From: a virus
DNA length: 64,000 nt
Strand: one strand, 5' to 3'
Virus record (IMG/VR): IMGVR_UViG_3300023180_000018
Shown: piece by piece, positions 47,475 through 57,413 of the stretch
Position numbering within the stretch: the stretch's first letter is position 1
Layout of the letters: each line of letters starts with the position of its first letter
Notes under the pieces: generated by a model
What the model saw: the letters and a program-made list of their open reading frames with translations, nothing else
What the model was told of the DNA's origin: nothing
Database searches by the model: none
Program-made: the position numbers and the translations under genes

Positions 47475-47828
47475 CTATTTTTTACCTTTAGGAGTTCTTC
47501 GAAGACTTACTTGTCTTTTTGGTTTTGCAGCAGGCGGTGGTTGATTTTCTTCTAAAGAATTTTCATATGCTTCCACCATCATGTCTCCTAAAGGAGTTAT
47601 AAACGAAACACTATTAAGATTTAAATTTACACTTGTAACAAATTTTTCAGAAATTTGTGAAATGCTAGGAGCAAAATATCCAGACATTAAATCTTGACTA
47701 GAAATAAACATTCGTGGATTTTCTACTTCAACATAATTTTCATTAATTGATTTAAGAACACCAGCTAATTGAACACCACTTGACATATAAAATGTCATAA
47801 TATTATCAATAAAATCTTCATTAATCAT
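47475..47828 (-). CDS. Hypothetical protein (Sm-like fold possible)
   Basis: SSG.QL.G...VENP pattern. Confidence 0.45.
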   Translation of the reverse strand: MINEDFIDNIMTFYMSSGVQLAGVLKSINENYVEVENPRMFISSQDLMSGYFAPSISQISEKFVTSVNLNLNSVSFITPLGDMMVEAYENSLEENQPPPAAKPKRQVSLRRTPKGKK

Positions 47829-48507
47829 TTATAATCTCCATTGGAAAAATTTCACTTATTACTTTAGCACACTCTTTTGCAACATCAATGTGTTCTTGTT
47901 GTGTACCATTTGCACTTCTCAATTCTATAAAATGTACCCAACTTCTAAGGGTTCCATTCATATACATTCTCGACATAGTTAAACCTTCAGGCAATACAGC
48001 ACGCGCCTGTTCTTTAGCAATATTATTTTCAATTGCCCAGTTATATGCTAACTTAGCCTGTTCAATAATTCCACATTGTATATTTGCCCATTGGTCGTAC
48101 AATTGAGGATCGTCGACAGTTATACTATTTTGTCGATTTTTTTCATCTTGTAATCTTGGCTCTCTAATTACAAAATCTAAATCTTTAACCGGATCTGCGT
48201 ATCTTTGTGAAAATTCTTGAAAAGAAAAAGAACGATGCCGAAGAATTTGTCGGGCAATATCACGCGTAGTTTCAATTTCTAAACATGCGGAAACCATTTC
48301 TAATGGTGACCAATGCTTATGTTTAATTAAATATTTAACAAGCTTTTCACTTGTTTGTTTATTATTTTGATTCCCAGGATTACTTACTCTCGCGCAAAAA
48401 GCAATCAGATCTAGCGCCGAACTATAATCATTAGTTTCGAACACTTGATCTACGGGAACTTGGCTATGACTTATAAGTTTAACATTCATTATATTATTAT
48501 ACTCCAA
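47821..48507 (-). CDS. thyX: Flavin-dependent thymidylate synthase
   Basis: HWSPLE, RQILRHRSFSFQEFSQRY, EQARAVLP, R...TQQEH. Confidence 0.96.
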   Translation of the reverse strand: MEYNNIMNVKLISHSQVPVDQVFETNDYSSALDLIAFCARVSNPGNQNNKQTSEKLVKYLIKHKHWSPLEMVSACLEIETTRDIARQILRHRSFSFQEFSQRYADPVKDLDFVIREPRLQDEKNRQNSITVDDPQLYDQWANIQCGIIEQAKLAYNWAIENNIAKEQARAVLPEGLTMSRMYMNGTLRSWVHFIELRSANGTQQEHIDVAKECAKVISEIFPMEIIND

Positions 48508-48511
48508 AATC

Positions 48512-49174
48512 TTATAAAAGTAAATCCCTATATATTATATTCCAATCATTAGCATAGGAACAATCTTTAGTTTCATTAAAGTATGGACCACCATTTGTAT
48601 AGTGTATTAATTTTGGAGGATTAATAGATTGATTTTTATTATCAACTAAATGATTCCATTCCAAAGGTAATTGTCCAATACTATTTTCTTTTTTTAGCCA
48701 CTCGAATTGATGTAAAACTAGGCCCGGCTGTTCGTTAACAAATTTTGGAGTTAAGGATTTACATCTTCTATTATTAAATAGAATTACGCTTGACCAATTT
48801 TTATAACTATAATCTGTCTGTCTATATCCTAAAAATTTATGATCATTTTCTATTACTTGATTATGCTGACAACACATTATAGTATACTTATCATCTGCGT
48901 AATCAAACAATTCTTTTATATCATGTTTTACTATTATATCATTATCTAAAAATAATGTCCAACCTTTATAATCATAAAGGTATGGAACCATGAATCTAGA
49001 ATTACTAAACTCAGTACTATCATAACCACCTCTTGGTCTAGTATATTCTTTAATATTATTTTTATTGACGTATAAAAAATTAATGGGTACAGTAGATGTT
49101 TGTAATATACTTTCAGCTGCAGTATACGCTAATTTTTTATTTTCATTATCATATCCTATAGCAATATTGTACAT
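48512..49174 (-). CDS. Glycosyltransferase (GT-A, GT8-like)
   Basis: IGYD, STEFSNSRF.VP, FLDND, KNWSS, LPLEWN, HYTNGGP. Confidence 0.8.
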   Translation of the reverse strand: MYNIAIGYDNENKKLAYTAAESILQTSTVPINFLYVNKNNIKEYTRPRGGYDSTEFSNSRFMVPYLYDYKGWTLFLDNDIIVKHDIKELFDYADDKYTIMCCQHNQVIENDHKFLGYRQTDYSYKNWSSVILFNNRRCKSLTPKFVNEQPGLVLHQFEWLKKENSIGQLPLEWNHLVDNKNQSINPPKLIHYTNGGPYFNETKDCSYANDWNIIYRDLLL

Positions 49175-49175
49175 T

Positions 49176-50060
49176 TCAAACCCATTCTTTAAAAATATCT
49201 ATTTTCTCATATTTTAAGTCAGATAAAACTTTCCATTCAATTTGATTTTTTGTAATTTTATCAACAACCCAATTATATTCTGCAGGAACATCATGAACTT
49301 CTATTCCTTCATCTGGGCCTTTAGCTTGATTTTTGCCAATAGGTAAATACCACGATGCTGGATCTAACGTACTTAACCCACCATGTTTAGTTCCTCTTCT
49401 TACTGTAGTACTCTTTTTAAAAAAATCAAATCCAATCATAGTAAATTTTTCGATTTTACATGTTTCAAGTAAAAAATAAAATAACCACATACCAGTAGAA
49501 ATTCTTGGACCAAGATGTGCAGAGGTTGGAGTATTTAAATAACCTTTTTCATAACCAAAACTTCGAATAACGGCTCTCATTGCCTCACTATTATACATAT
49601 GAAACGCGTTTTTAGGATTATGTTTAGCTAGCCTAGTTTCATTATTTAAAATATCCCACCAAAGAAAAGTATCTTTTTTAATTGGATCCATCGCTTTAGC
49701 ATGAACCGCGTTAAATAATACCCACGAATCATCATTTAACGAATTATCTCGTATATATTTACCTAGCATAGGTAATCTAAAATAACCGCAACACCATGCA
49801 TCAGTTTTCTTACCTATACATTTTATTTGATGTTCGTGGGGAGGCACTCCTTTCCATGTCGGGCCAAGACGAGGACCAGGAACTCCTGCTCCAAATCTAA
49901 TTACACAATCGTGTGAATCTATATACTCACCATGGCCGGAATCAGGAAATTTCATAACTTCTACGCTATTTCCAACAACGCATACACTTTTACAATTTTG
50001 TATATATTCTATAAAATTATTTCTATTGTTATCCCAATTTTCAATTAGTTGTTCTTTCAT
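49176..50060 (-). CDS. Glycosyltransferase family 29 (sialyltransferase)-like protein
   Basis: Sialylmotif-L-like VCVVGNS...GEYIDSHDCVIRF...GKKT; S-like STG...GFDFF; VS-like H...E. Confidence 0.65.
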   Translation of the reverse strand: MKEQLIENWDNNRNNFIEYIQNCKSVCVVGNSVEVMKFPDSGHGEYIDSHDCVIRFGAGVPGPRLGPTWKGVPPHEHQIKCIGKKTDAWCCGYFRLPMLGKYIRDNSLNDDSWVLFNAVHAKAMDPIKKDTFLWWDILNNETRLAKHNPKNAFHMYNSEAMRAVIRSFGYEKGYLNTPTSAHLGPRISTGMWLFYFLLETCKIEKFTMIGFDFFKKSTTVRRGTKHGGLSTLDPASWYLPIGKNQAKGPDEGIEVHDVPAEYNWVVDKITKNQIEWKVLSDLKYEKIDIFKEWV

Positions 50061-50503
50061 CTTATAGTTAATTCCGTATTATATTTATCATAATTTAGTA
50101 TGTCATAATCTTTATATAAAGAAAAATGAAATAGTACTGTATGATCTGGGAGTTTAAATTTTTGTAATTTTTCAATCCATGCAGTAGGATGTAATAAACT
50201 TAGATTAGTAGATTCATAATCGCAATTTATATTTAAAAATATAAAATATTTAACATTTAAAAAAATAACATTTAAAATACTATCAATATCACAGTGATTT
50301 TGTTTTTCTAAAAAGCAATTTATAATAGCATGATCATAACTTTTTTTAGTAAAATTTATGTCATTAAATTTGTAAATATTATTAGCTATAATTTTTTCTT
50401 TTGGTTCAATTCCTAAATATAAAAATTGATGATCATGCATTTTGTTAGTGATGATATGTTCATTAACAATATTTTCAATCATTATAAACATCCGTAGGAT
50501 CAA
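50057..50503 (-). CDS. Hypothetical protein (possible degenerate methyltransferase)
   Basis: Very AT-rich; YDHAII..FLE pattern. Confidence 0.4.
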   Translation of the reverse strand: MILRMFIMIENIVNEHIITNKMHDHQFLYLGIEPKEKIIANNIYKFNDINFTKKSYDHAIINCFLEKQNHCDIDSILNVIFLNVKYFIFLNINCDYESTNLSLLHPTAWIEKLQKFKLPDHTVLFHFSLYKDYDILNYDKYNTELTIR

Positions 50504-50999
50504 AATCTAGAAAATAATTTTCAGAAACAAATGGATATTTTTTTAAAACACCAATCATAACTGATATTTCTCTACCGTGAGCTTCGATTTCCCAAGGTTG
50601 ATCATAATAAGTAGATTCATCTAAAATACTCATCAATTTCTTATGCCAATATACTTTACCGTTTTTTCGAAGAGAATAACGCATTTCACCTTTGGCCAAT
50701 TGTTTAACGTGAATTAATTCATGCGAAAGAGTCCTGAAAAAGTTTTTTAAACTTTGGCTTGTATCTATTCTAATAACGAATTCTCTAGGAATAGGAGAAT
50801 CATCTTCATAGTGTTGTGCGCAATCTGCTAAAATATCTTCTTCAAACCTTAGATTTTTTTTACCAATAACCCTAACACTAATCTTATTTTTTAATCGTGG
50901 CAAATATTTGTTAATAACGTATTCCACGCAAGCTCTACTAACGTGTCTTTGAGGCAGTGATAATTTATTGTAGTAGAAATTACGCATACTATAATCCAT
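50475..50999 (-). CDS. Zincin-like metallopeptidase
   Basis: TLSHELIHVKQ (HExxH), Y.DQPWEIEA. Confidence 0.8.
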   Translation of the reverse strand: MDYSMRNFYYNKLSLPQRHVSRACVEYVINKYLPRLKNKISVRVIGKKNLRFEEDILADCAQHYEDDSPIPREFVIRIDTSQSLKNFFRTLSHELIHVKQLAKGEMRYSLRKNGKVYWHKKLMSILDESTYYDQPWEIEAHGREISVMIGVLKKYPFVSENYFLDFDPTDVYND

Positions 51000-51014
51000 T
51001 CAAATAAAAATAGT

Positions 51015-51063
51015 ATTCTACCATATAACTTATAGCTTGTACATAGCACATAAGTTATTGATA
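51015..51063 (-). promoter_or_regulatory. Sigma70-type promoter with upstream IHF-consensus box
   Basis: TGTACA-17 nt-TAGAAT; TATCAATAACTTA at 51051-51063. Confidence 0.6.
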
Positions 51064-51459
51064 TTATGCTACTTTTTTACCTATATTATATTTAGTTACC
51101 AACTCCCAGTCAACTTTTTCTTTGTGAGAAATTATTTTAATCTGGTTCATTGGAATTTTCTCGTCAGTCTTTTGCTTGTCAACGATTTTTAATAGACTCC
51201 AATCTTCAAGTAATTGCGCAATAGTATTTCTTCGAGCTTTATCTTCTTCTGAAAAGTTTGTATTTTTACCATCTAAAGCAAATAACTCTTTAAAATGAAC
51301 AATATAATATTTTCCACGCTTATGAAGAATATGACACGATTGGTATAATTTTTTTTCTTTTGGAGATGAGATACCTATACGACTTAAAGTTTCTCTAATC
51401 TTCAAAAAATCATCTTCTTTTAATAGAGAAATTTCAACTAGGCTATCAATAACATTCAT
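51064..51459 (-). CDS. regA: Translational repressor RegA
   Basis: DFLKIRETLSRIGI, LYQSCHILHK.G.YYIVHFKELF.LDG, KYNIG. Confidence 0.96.
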   Translation of the reverse strand: MNVIDSLVEISLLKEDDFLKIRETLSRIGISSPKEKKLYQSCHILHKRGKYYIVHFKELFALDGKNTNFSEEDKARRNTIAQLLEDWSLLKIVDKQKTDEKIPMNQIKIISHKEKVDWELVTKYNIGKKVA

Positions 51460-51827
51460 AGTCCACCCTTTTCTAATTTTTCTTTTATTTTTAATAATTC
51501 AATTTTAGGGAATAAGGACAGGACCTTTAAAGCTTTACTATGGCTATATCCATAATATTCTTGAATAAGCTCAATATCACTATCATTTTCCTTTTTGAAC
51601 CATTTGGAAAATCTTTTCCTTGGTCTGACTATATTTATATAATAATCGTATTGAAGCTTATTTTCTAATTGATTATGAATATTCATTTCATTAGATAATG
51701 CAACCGTATCTTGAAAATAAGATAATCCGCGATTAATTAAAAATGCTTTATATTCATTCTCACATTCTTCATCCATCAAATATTCTTTAGTAGTATTGAT
51801 AGAATTTAAAAAATCAAATGGATTCAT
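51456..51827 (-). CDS. 62: Clamp loader small subunit (T4 gp62-like)
   Basis: PFDFLNSIN, INRGLS, NEMN, KRFSKW, YYGYS; position between gp44 and regA. Confidence 0.9.
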   Translation of the reverse strand: MNPFDFLNSINTTKEYLMDEECENEYKAFLINRGLSYFQDTVALSNEMNIHNQLENKLQYDYYINIVRPRKRFSKWFKKENDSDIELIQEYYGYSHSKALKVLSLFPKIELLKIKEKLEKGGL

Positions 51828-52492
51828 ATTAATAGTTGTCTTGGTGCTTTAGAAAAATTATAATTGAATGTTATTCTTCTTTCTGTATTTGTCGAATAAT
51901 TATGCCACGTAACTTTTTGTTGTTGTTTAAATATAAACATTCTATTTGGTTTCCACTCAATTGTTTTTACTTTTCTCATTCTACCCCCCGCAACCATCCG
52001 GTATAAATGGGTGCCCATAGATTTTTTTGGAGAAAAATATAATACGCAAGACAATGCTTTATGAGCTGGATCACAATGTATATCATAATTTTGATAATCT
52101 CTACAATCTGAATACATTAAATTACATTGTGCATATTTGCCTTTTAATTTAAATTCATCTTCTAAAGGCTGGATATATTTTGTAAGAATACTAGCAACTT
52201 CAAGTTGTTCACTATTTGGAAAACTAGTACGTTCCAATTTCATTGGAACACCACGCTCTTCTATTTCTTTCTCAAAATCACCTTGCTTAAATACTCTACC
52301 AGCACTAATATAATTAAGTGGTATGCTATAATTCTTACGTATATCCCAATACGCAGAAGGAATATATTCGTGTAACCAATCCCAATCTTCTATAATTTCT
52401 TCTATTTGAAGAAAATCTTCTTGGCTTAAAAAATTATCAATGATATAATGTGGCCAAGGATCATTAAATTTCTGTATTTCCATTCGCAGCAC
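51824..52492 (-). CDS. 2OG-Fe(II) oxygenase family protein
   Basis: DPWPHYIIDNFL, IHCD, LSCVLY, GT, IEWKPNR, TWHNY, RITFNYN. Confidence 0.82.
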   Translation of the reverse strand: MLRMEIQKFNDPWPHYIIDNFLSQEDFLQIEEIIEDWDWLHEYIPSAYWDIRKNYSIPLNYISAGRVFKQGDFEKEIEERGVPMKLERTSFPNSEQLEVASILTKYIQPLEDEFKLKGKYAQCNLMYSDCRDYQNYDIHCDPAHKALSCVLYFSPKKSMGTHLYRMVAGGRMRKVKTIEWKPNRMFIFKQQQKVTWHNYSTNTERRITFNYNFSKAPRQLLI

Positions 52493-52661
52493 TAACCCTA
52501 TTTTCTACTATTTCTAAAAGTTTTTCGCATTTACTACATACAGGCAGTTCAAGTATTTCACCGCCTTCTATTTTTAATTGTATATGCGCAGGATCATCGT
52601 CTAAATATTCTCCACAAGAAGAAGAATAAAAAGTACATTTTTCTTTATTAAACTCGATCAT
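52464..52661 (-). CDS. Small Cys-containing hypothetical protein
   Basis: C...SCG...VCSKC. Confidence 0.45.
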   Translation of the reverse strand: MIEFNKEKCTFYSSSCGEYLDDDPAHIQLKIEGGEILELPVCSKCEKLLEIVENRVSAANGNTEI

Positions 52662-53596
52662 TTAAATTCACAATTCGCCATTATTTCTGTTAAACACGCT
52701 GTAATATTAATTTCATGATCAGCAACAAAAGCTGATTTATATTGATAATCTGCTAGTATTAATACTAAATGCGGAATGCTTGCATTTGTAATATATTTAT
52801 TACAATGATCATATAAATTTCTAAAAAGTTCTGCAGAATCAATGTCAGTATTTTGTGAAACCCATTTACGAACTTCAGTAAAATTCTTTTCTTTAATAGA
52901 ATTCATTAAAGTATTTAATGTTACTTCTTTTAAATTAGAAAGAATGCCATTATCAATTTTACCTGTGGCGGCGTATCTTTGTAATTCGTTTAAAATTCTT
53001 CTATTATCAGGAAAGTATTTTGTAACATGTTCTGCTACAACATTTTTATCAAATTCAACGCCTTCTTGAGTTAAGATATTACATACTCGCTTCCACATTT
53101 CTGAAGCATATGTAGCTACATTTTCTTTATCAACTTTAAAATCAATAACACTACAACGAGAGTGTAATGGTTGAATAATTCTATTTTTAAAATTACAAGT
53201 AAGAATAAACCCACAATTTTTAGAATACTCTTCCATAAAATTACGAAGAGCTGGTTGAGTAGAATTGGGATTAAGATAATCTGCTTCATCTAAAATAACA
53301 TATTTTCTTCCGCCGCTAAAAGAAACAGAAGAAGCAAATTGTTGTATATCATTACGAAGCGTATCAATATTGCCATTCATAGATCCATTGATTATAATAT
53401 AATCACAATCTAATTCTTCAAGCATTGCTCTTGCTACAGTAGTTTTACCTACGCCAGCAGAGCCAGTTAAAATTAAATTTGGAACGTTTCCATTATCTAC
53501 ATATTTTTGGAAACACAATTTGAGAGAAGGAGATAGTATTGTATCTTGTATAGTGCGCGGCCGATACTTTTCTACCCAGAGAAAATCATCTTGCAT
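52658..53596 (-). CDS. 44: Clamp loader large subunit (T4 gp44-like)
   Basis: LWVEKYRP, GSAGVGKTT, ILDEADYL, LHSRC. Confidence 0.96.
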   Translation of the reverse strand: MQDDFLWVEKYRPRTIQDTILSPSLKLCFQKYVDNGNVPNLILTGSAGVGKTTVARAMLEELDCDYIIINGSMNGNIDTLRNDIQQFASSVSFSGGRKYVILDEADYLNPNSTQPALRNFMEEYSKNCGFILTCNFKNRIIQPLHSRCSVIDFKVDKENVATYASEMWKRVCNILTQEGVEFDKNVVAEHVTKYFPDNRRILNELQRYAATGKIDNGILSNLKEVTLNTLMNSIKEKNFTEVRKWVSQNTDIDSAELFRNLYDHCNKYITNASIPHLVLILADYQYKSAFVADHEINITACLTEIMANCEFK

Positions 53597-53698
53597 AAAT
53601 CACTCCAACATAATAAAATAAATATAGTGTACGGCCCCTGCCCTGCGCCATTTTGTACACCACGGAAAGCTGCCCGACAATCCGTCCCTTTTAACTGT

Positions 53699-54355
53699 TT
53701 ATTCGAAAGTAGAATGACTTTCAATAGAGATCCAATATTCTAAATCTTTAGATTTAAAATTTGCCATTCCTCGAGTACTAATCTTAACATGATAATTGTC
53801 ATTCATAATTTTAAGATTTTCTGATTTAAAGACCGCAGTAAATTTTTTATCAGTAGTACCTACATCAATATCGAAACTATCTGCGCTGGGATTTTTTGAA
53901 TCAGTAGCTCTTAAAATAATTTTACCATTTTCATTAGTAATAATTAAATCTGGGAAAGACATTACACCAAGTGCTTTTACAATTTCTGAAAATGACTCTT
54001 GTGTTAAATCAAATTCAACTGCAATATCGCCAAGATTTAATTCTTTACTTGGAGGTAAAACTAATGTTTCTGGGTTAGCAAACATGTAACTAACTTTACG
54101 TCCAGGAGAAACAATGTTTATTAGCTTTTCTTTTAATTCAAAGACGGGCTTTTCAAATAAAGAAATAACACCAAGGAATCTTGAAAGATTATATATTGCA
54201 AATGTAGATTCAATATTATCTTCAAGATTTGCCGATGCCATAATAGTTTTATTTGGTGAAATAGTTTTCAACGTATTCCCTTCTTTAAATTGAATAGATG
54301 GGTTAATAGTAGAAAAGTTTTTCAATACACTTAAGGTTCTAGAACCAAATTCCAT
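53699..54355 (-). CDS. 45: Sliding clamp (T4 gp45-like)
   Basis: LKNFSTINPSI, FAIYNL..FL, FK.ENLK, YWI..E; upstream of gp44. Confidence 0.92.
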   Translation of the reverse strand: MEFGSRTLSVLKNFSTINPSIQFKEGNTLKTISPNKTIMASANLEDNIESTFAIYNLSRFLGVISLFEKPVFELKEKLINIVSPGRKVSYMFANPETLVLPPSKELNLGDIAVEFDLTQESFSEIVKALGVMSFPDLIITNENGKIILRATDSKNPSADSFDIDVGTTDKKFTAVFKSENLKIMNDNYHVKISTRGMANFKSKDLEYWISIESHSTFE

Positions 54356-54369
54356 AATATAGTCTCCAA

Positions 54370-55230
54370 TTATTGGGCTTTCTTTTTGGCTACGATTGCG
54401 GGATCAGCGGTTGGTGCCGCGCCGGCTGCAGCCAAGTGCCCGAGCGACCCACCAAATATATAAGACCCAACGTGTTTTAAATGCATCCAAGGGCACATCC
54501 AAACTTTGAGTCCGATTTTTTGTACATTATAACAAAACATATAATCTTCAGATAAGTATCTTTTTGTTTCAGGATCAATAATACAATCAAAATAAGCCAT
54601 GATTTCTGTAGTACCATCAAAGTGTTCTGTTCTTACATGATCTGGTTTATATGATAATTTAGGAAAAGCTTCTTTATATTTTGCAAAAGTATTTCTACGA
54701 ATCATCATAAAACCGGTACCACCTTCACGAACTTCACACGGTTCACCAATCTTGATACTTTCAGTTTCTTTTTTTGGATTAAAAACATAATCACCAACAA
54801 AATTTTCTAATTCATTAGGATTATCTTTTGCAAAACCAGCATTAACAGCCTGTACAATCTTTTCCCATGCAATAGTTTTCTTAGGATATGGTCCACATAA
54901 AACGTCATATTCATTATCACCATCATTGCTTATAGACATAGCAAGTAATGCTAATACGTCATTAGCATCAAATCCAATATCACTATCGATAAACATTAAG
55001 TGCGTACATTCTGATCTTAAGAATTCATCTACACAATAATTACGTGCTCGTGTAATAAGTGACTCATTAAACAAAAAATAAAATGATAATGGAATTCCAT
55101 GGTTTTGACACGTCGCAGTTAAATTAGCAATTGATCTTGCAAATAAACCAGAACATTGTCCACCATACATTGGTGCTGCTAGCATAATACTATGCTTTCT
55201 TAATTGTTCAACTGGTACATTAAGTTCCAT
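54370..55230 (-). CDS. GT-A fold glycosyltransferase-like protein
   Basis: PMYGG, NESLITRARN, FIDSDI (DxD), GTGFMMI, YLSEDYMFC. Confidence 0.7.
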   Translation of the reverse strand: MELNVPVEQLRKHSIMLAAPMYGGQCSGLFARSIANLTATCQNHGIPLSFYFLFNESLITRARNYCVDEFLRSECTHLMFIDSDIGFDANDVLALLAMSISNDGDNEYDVLCGPYPKKTIAWEKIVQAVNAGFAKDNPNELENFVGDYVFNPKKETESIKIGEPCEVREGGTGFMMIRRNTFAKYKEAFPKLSYKPDHVRTEHFDGTTEIMAYFDCIIDPETKRYLSEDYMFCYNVQKIGLKVWMCPWMHLKHVGSYIFGGSLGHLAAAGAAPTADPAIVAKKKAQ

Positions 55231-55256
55231 AAAAGATCCTCATTAATATGTAACAT

Positions 55257-55285
55257 ATTCTACCATAAAATATAGAATTTGTACA
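55257..55285 (-). promoter_or_regulatory. Sigma70-type promoter
   Basis: TGTACA-17 nt-TAGAAT. Confidence 0.55.
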
Positions 55286-55289
55286 CTGG

Positions 55290-56483
55290 TTATTCAAAAA
55301 AAGATTCAAGGCTAGATCTATTTTCATCCCAAATCTCATGTTGTTTTTTATAATTAGTTTGGAAAACATTAGTGGCATCAATCCATTCGCGTTTTCCATC
55401 TAGTGCTGCTTTAACTTCACTTGCCATATCATACGCAGTATCAAAAGGTACATTTTGACAAACATGATTTAAATTTTTCTTAGGTTCTAAAAGTTCATAT
55501 TCGTATGGTAATCCCATAATAGCCATGCACTCACGATAAGTTAAAAACCTATCTTCTAAAGGATGTACTACTGATACTGGCATATGACCAACAAAAGCAC
55601 CAATATATCCAGCCGGAATAACAGGTTCTCTTTTCATAATTGAACCACCAGAATTTAATTTTTCATATCTATACATGCATTTCTTGTATTCTTTTTCATT
55701 TCCTTTTTTTAGAAAATAATTTGCAAGACTTGCGTAATCAGTTTTACTTTCAATATAATCTAAAATTTGAACAGATACATCTAAACTTTGTTGAAAATCT
55801 TGGTGAGACCAACTTGGATGTATTTCTTCTAAAACGTATTTATAATAAGGATTTTCTGTAGGAACTTTAACATTTGTTACCTGATCTAATTCTCCACCAA
55901 AGTTTGGAGTCTGAGATAATAAACCTTCTATAGGAACTAATTCTTTATTAAAATAATTTAATAATGGAGTACGATTACCTTTCCAAAAAAAATAAAAACT
56001 ACGTTTTCTAACCTGCGGTACGCCATGAAATAATGACTTTGTAATATACGTAGTCATTGTATATCCATTTTGTTTAGCTATTTCGTATAATTTATCTCTA
56101 ACAGGTTTTCCAGCATTACTTCCAAATAAAGGTGCGTTTTCACCCCATAAAACTTTTGGTTTTACATTTTCTAAAACGTATGTTGTACTTTTATACATCC
56201 AATCATTTGCAGGATTAGAAGCAGAATGTGTATTAGAAAGTTGACTCAAACCAGCGCACGGGCATACTGAAGATACAACATCAACGTATTCATTTACATT
56301 ATCGCCTTTATCTAAAACATAGTAAGGAACACTATTATTATAATGATTTAGTAAATGCGCATCATTATTTTTAAATACGTCATACGACATAATATATTTT
56401 GGCTTTACGCCAAAAGCTTTTTCAGATGCTAATGCTTCTCCGCCAATTAAAGGAATAATACTAGCATGACTATGATAAGTCAT
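55290..56483 (-). CDS. DNA cytosine-C5 methyltransferase-like protein
   Basis: Motif IV CPCAGLS, VI ENAP, VIII PQVRKR, IX RFLTYRE...MGLP, X NV; motif I atypical (IPLIGG); start placed at MTYHS. Confidence 0.75.
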   Translation of the reverse strand: MTYHSHASIIPLIGGEALASEKAFGVKPKYIMSYDVFKNNDAHLLNHYNNSVPYYVLDKGDNVNEYVDVVSSVCPCAGLSQLSNTHSASNPANDWMYKSTTYVLENVKPKVLWGENAPLFGSNAGKPVRDKLYEIAKQNGYTMTTYITKSLFHGVPQVRKRSFYFFWKGNRTPLLNYFNKELVPIEGLLSQTPNFGGELDQVTNVKVPTENPYYKYVLEEIHPSWSHQDFQQSLDVSVQILDYIESKTDYASLANYFLKKGNEKEYKKCMYRYEKLNSGGSIMKREPVIPAGYIGAFVGHMPVSVVHPLEDRFLTYRECMAIMGLPYEYELLEPKKNLNHVCQNVPFDTAYDMASEVKAALDGKREWIDATNVFQTNYKKQHEIWDENRSSLESFFE

Positions 56484-56712
56484 ATTTACCATCCTCCCAC
56501 TCGCCAGGGACTGAATTATAGGCAATAATATAATTATAAGCCGTAATGAGAGGATGTTCTGTATCTAGATCAGTCTGTAAAAGTAAAGTTTCTAGTTGAT
56601 CGATCAATTCATCACGTATTAGTTTATCATATGCGTGTTCATTAAAATCATCTCTTGTTAACATCATTTTCTCCATTATCTTTTTCAATAATAAATGGAT
56701 ATAAACATCCAC
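56470..56712 (-). CDS. Hypothetical protein
   Basis: Packed ORF; start probably MMLTRD. Confidence 0.45.
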   Translation of the reverse strand: MDVYIHLLLKKIMEKMMLTRDDFNEHAYDKLIRDELIDQLETLLLQTDLDTEHPLITAYNYIIAYNSVPGEWEDGKYDLS

Positions 56713-56769
56713 ATATTCCTACTAATAAAAACCAAGCAAGTCCTAAGCTTTCTAGAAAAACATCAATTG

Positions 56770-56958
56770 TCATTTTGGATCACCTGCTGCTGGTTTAACT
56801 AATTTCCACAGGTGCTTTTGTACTTTGTCCCATTCTTTACGAGGATAGAACCATAGTGTTCCATTAACGTCAATTAATGTAAAGTCTCCGTTCCAATCAC
56901 ATTTAAGTTCAATGGTAGTATTAGCTTTCATAATATTAGTTTTAGACAATTCCAGCAT
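56770..56958 (-). CDS. Hypothetical protein
   Basis: Packed ORF. Confidence 0.45.
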   Translation of the reverse strand: MLELSKTNIMKANTTIELKCDWNGDFTLIDVNGTLWFYPRKEWDKVQKHLWKLVKPAAGDPK

Positions 56959-57409
56959 CCTCTAATGACATATTAACCACACCTTCTTCAATTAATCTTC
57001 GACGATTAGCCATATGCTGTGCTTGAACTTCTTCCTTGCTTCCACCATAGTAAGGTACACAATGCCCTTCGTCTGCCATGACAGCAGTCACTGCTCGCCA
57101 TGCATCTAAACTTGCATCATAGACGTCAAAGTCACCGAGGATACGTCCGAATTTACCTTTCATATCTTCGCCGTCTTTGTTCACCTGTGTTTTTAAAACA
57201 GGAGTTTTACCTAATAATTCTTTCAATCTATTTTTTGCAGCCAAACCAAAAACCTTTTCAACTTTATCACTTGTTCGACTTTCGGGTGTGTCAATACCCA
57301 TGATACGAACTCTTTCATCTTTTAACCAAACTCCAAAACCTAAATCGATATCAACATCGACTGTATCACCATCAACTACCTTAACTAGTTTTGTTCTATA
57401 CTCATACAT
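56942..57409 (-). CDS. Thermonuclease (SNase-like)
   Basis: KVVDGDTVD, RVRIMGIDTPE, GKFGRILG. Confidence 0.9.
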   Translation of the reverse strand: MYEYRTKLVKVVDGDTVDVDIDLGFGVWLKDERVRIMGIDTPESRTSDKVEKVFGLAAKNRLKELLGKTPVLKTQVNKDGEDMKGKFGRILGDFDVYDASLDAWRAVTAVMADEGHCVPYYGGSKEEVQAQHMANRRRLIEEGVVNMSLEDAGIV

Positions 57410-57413
57410 TTTA

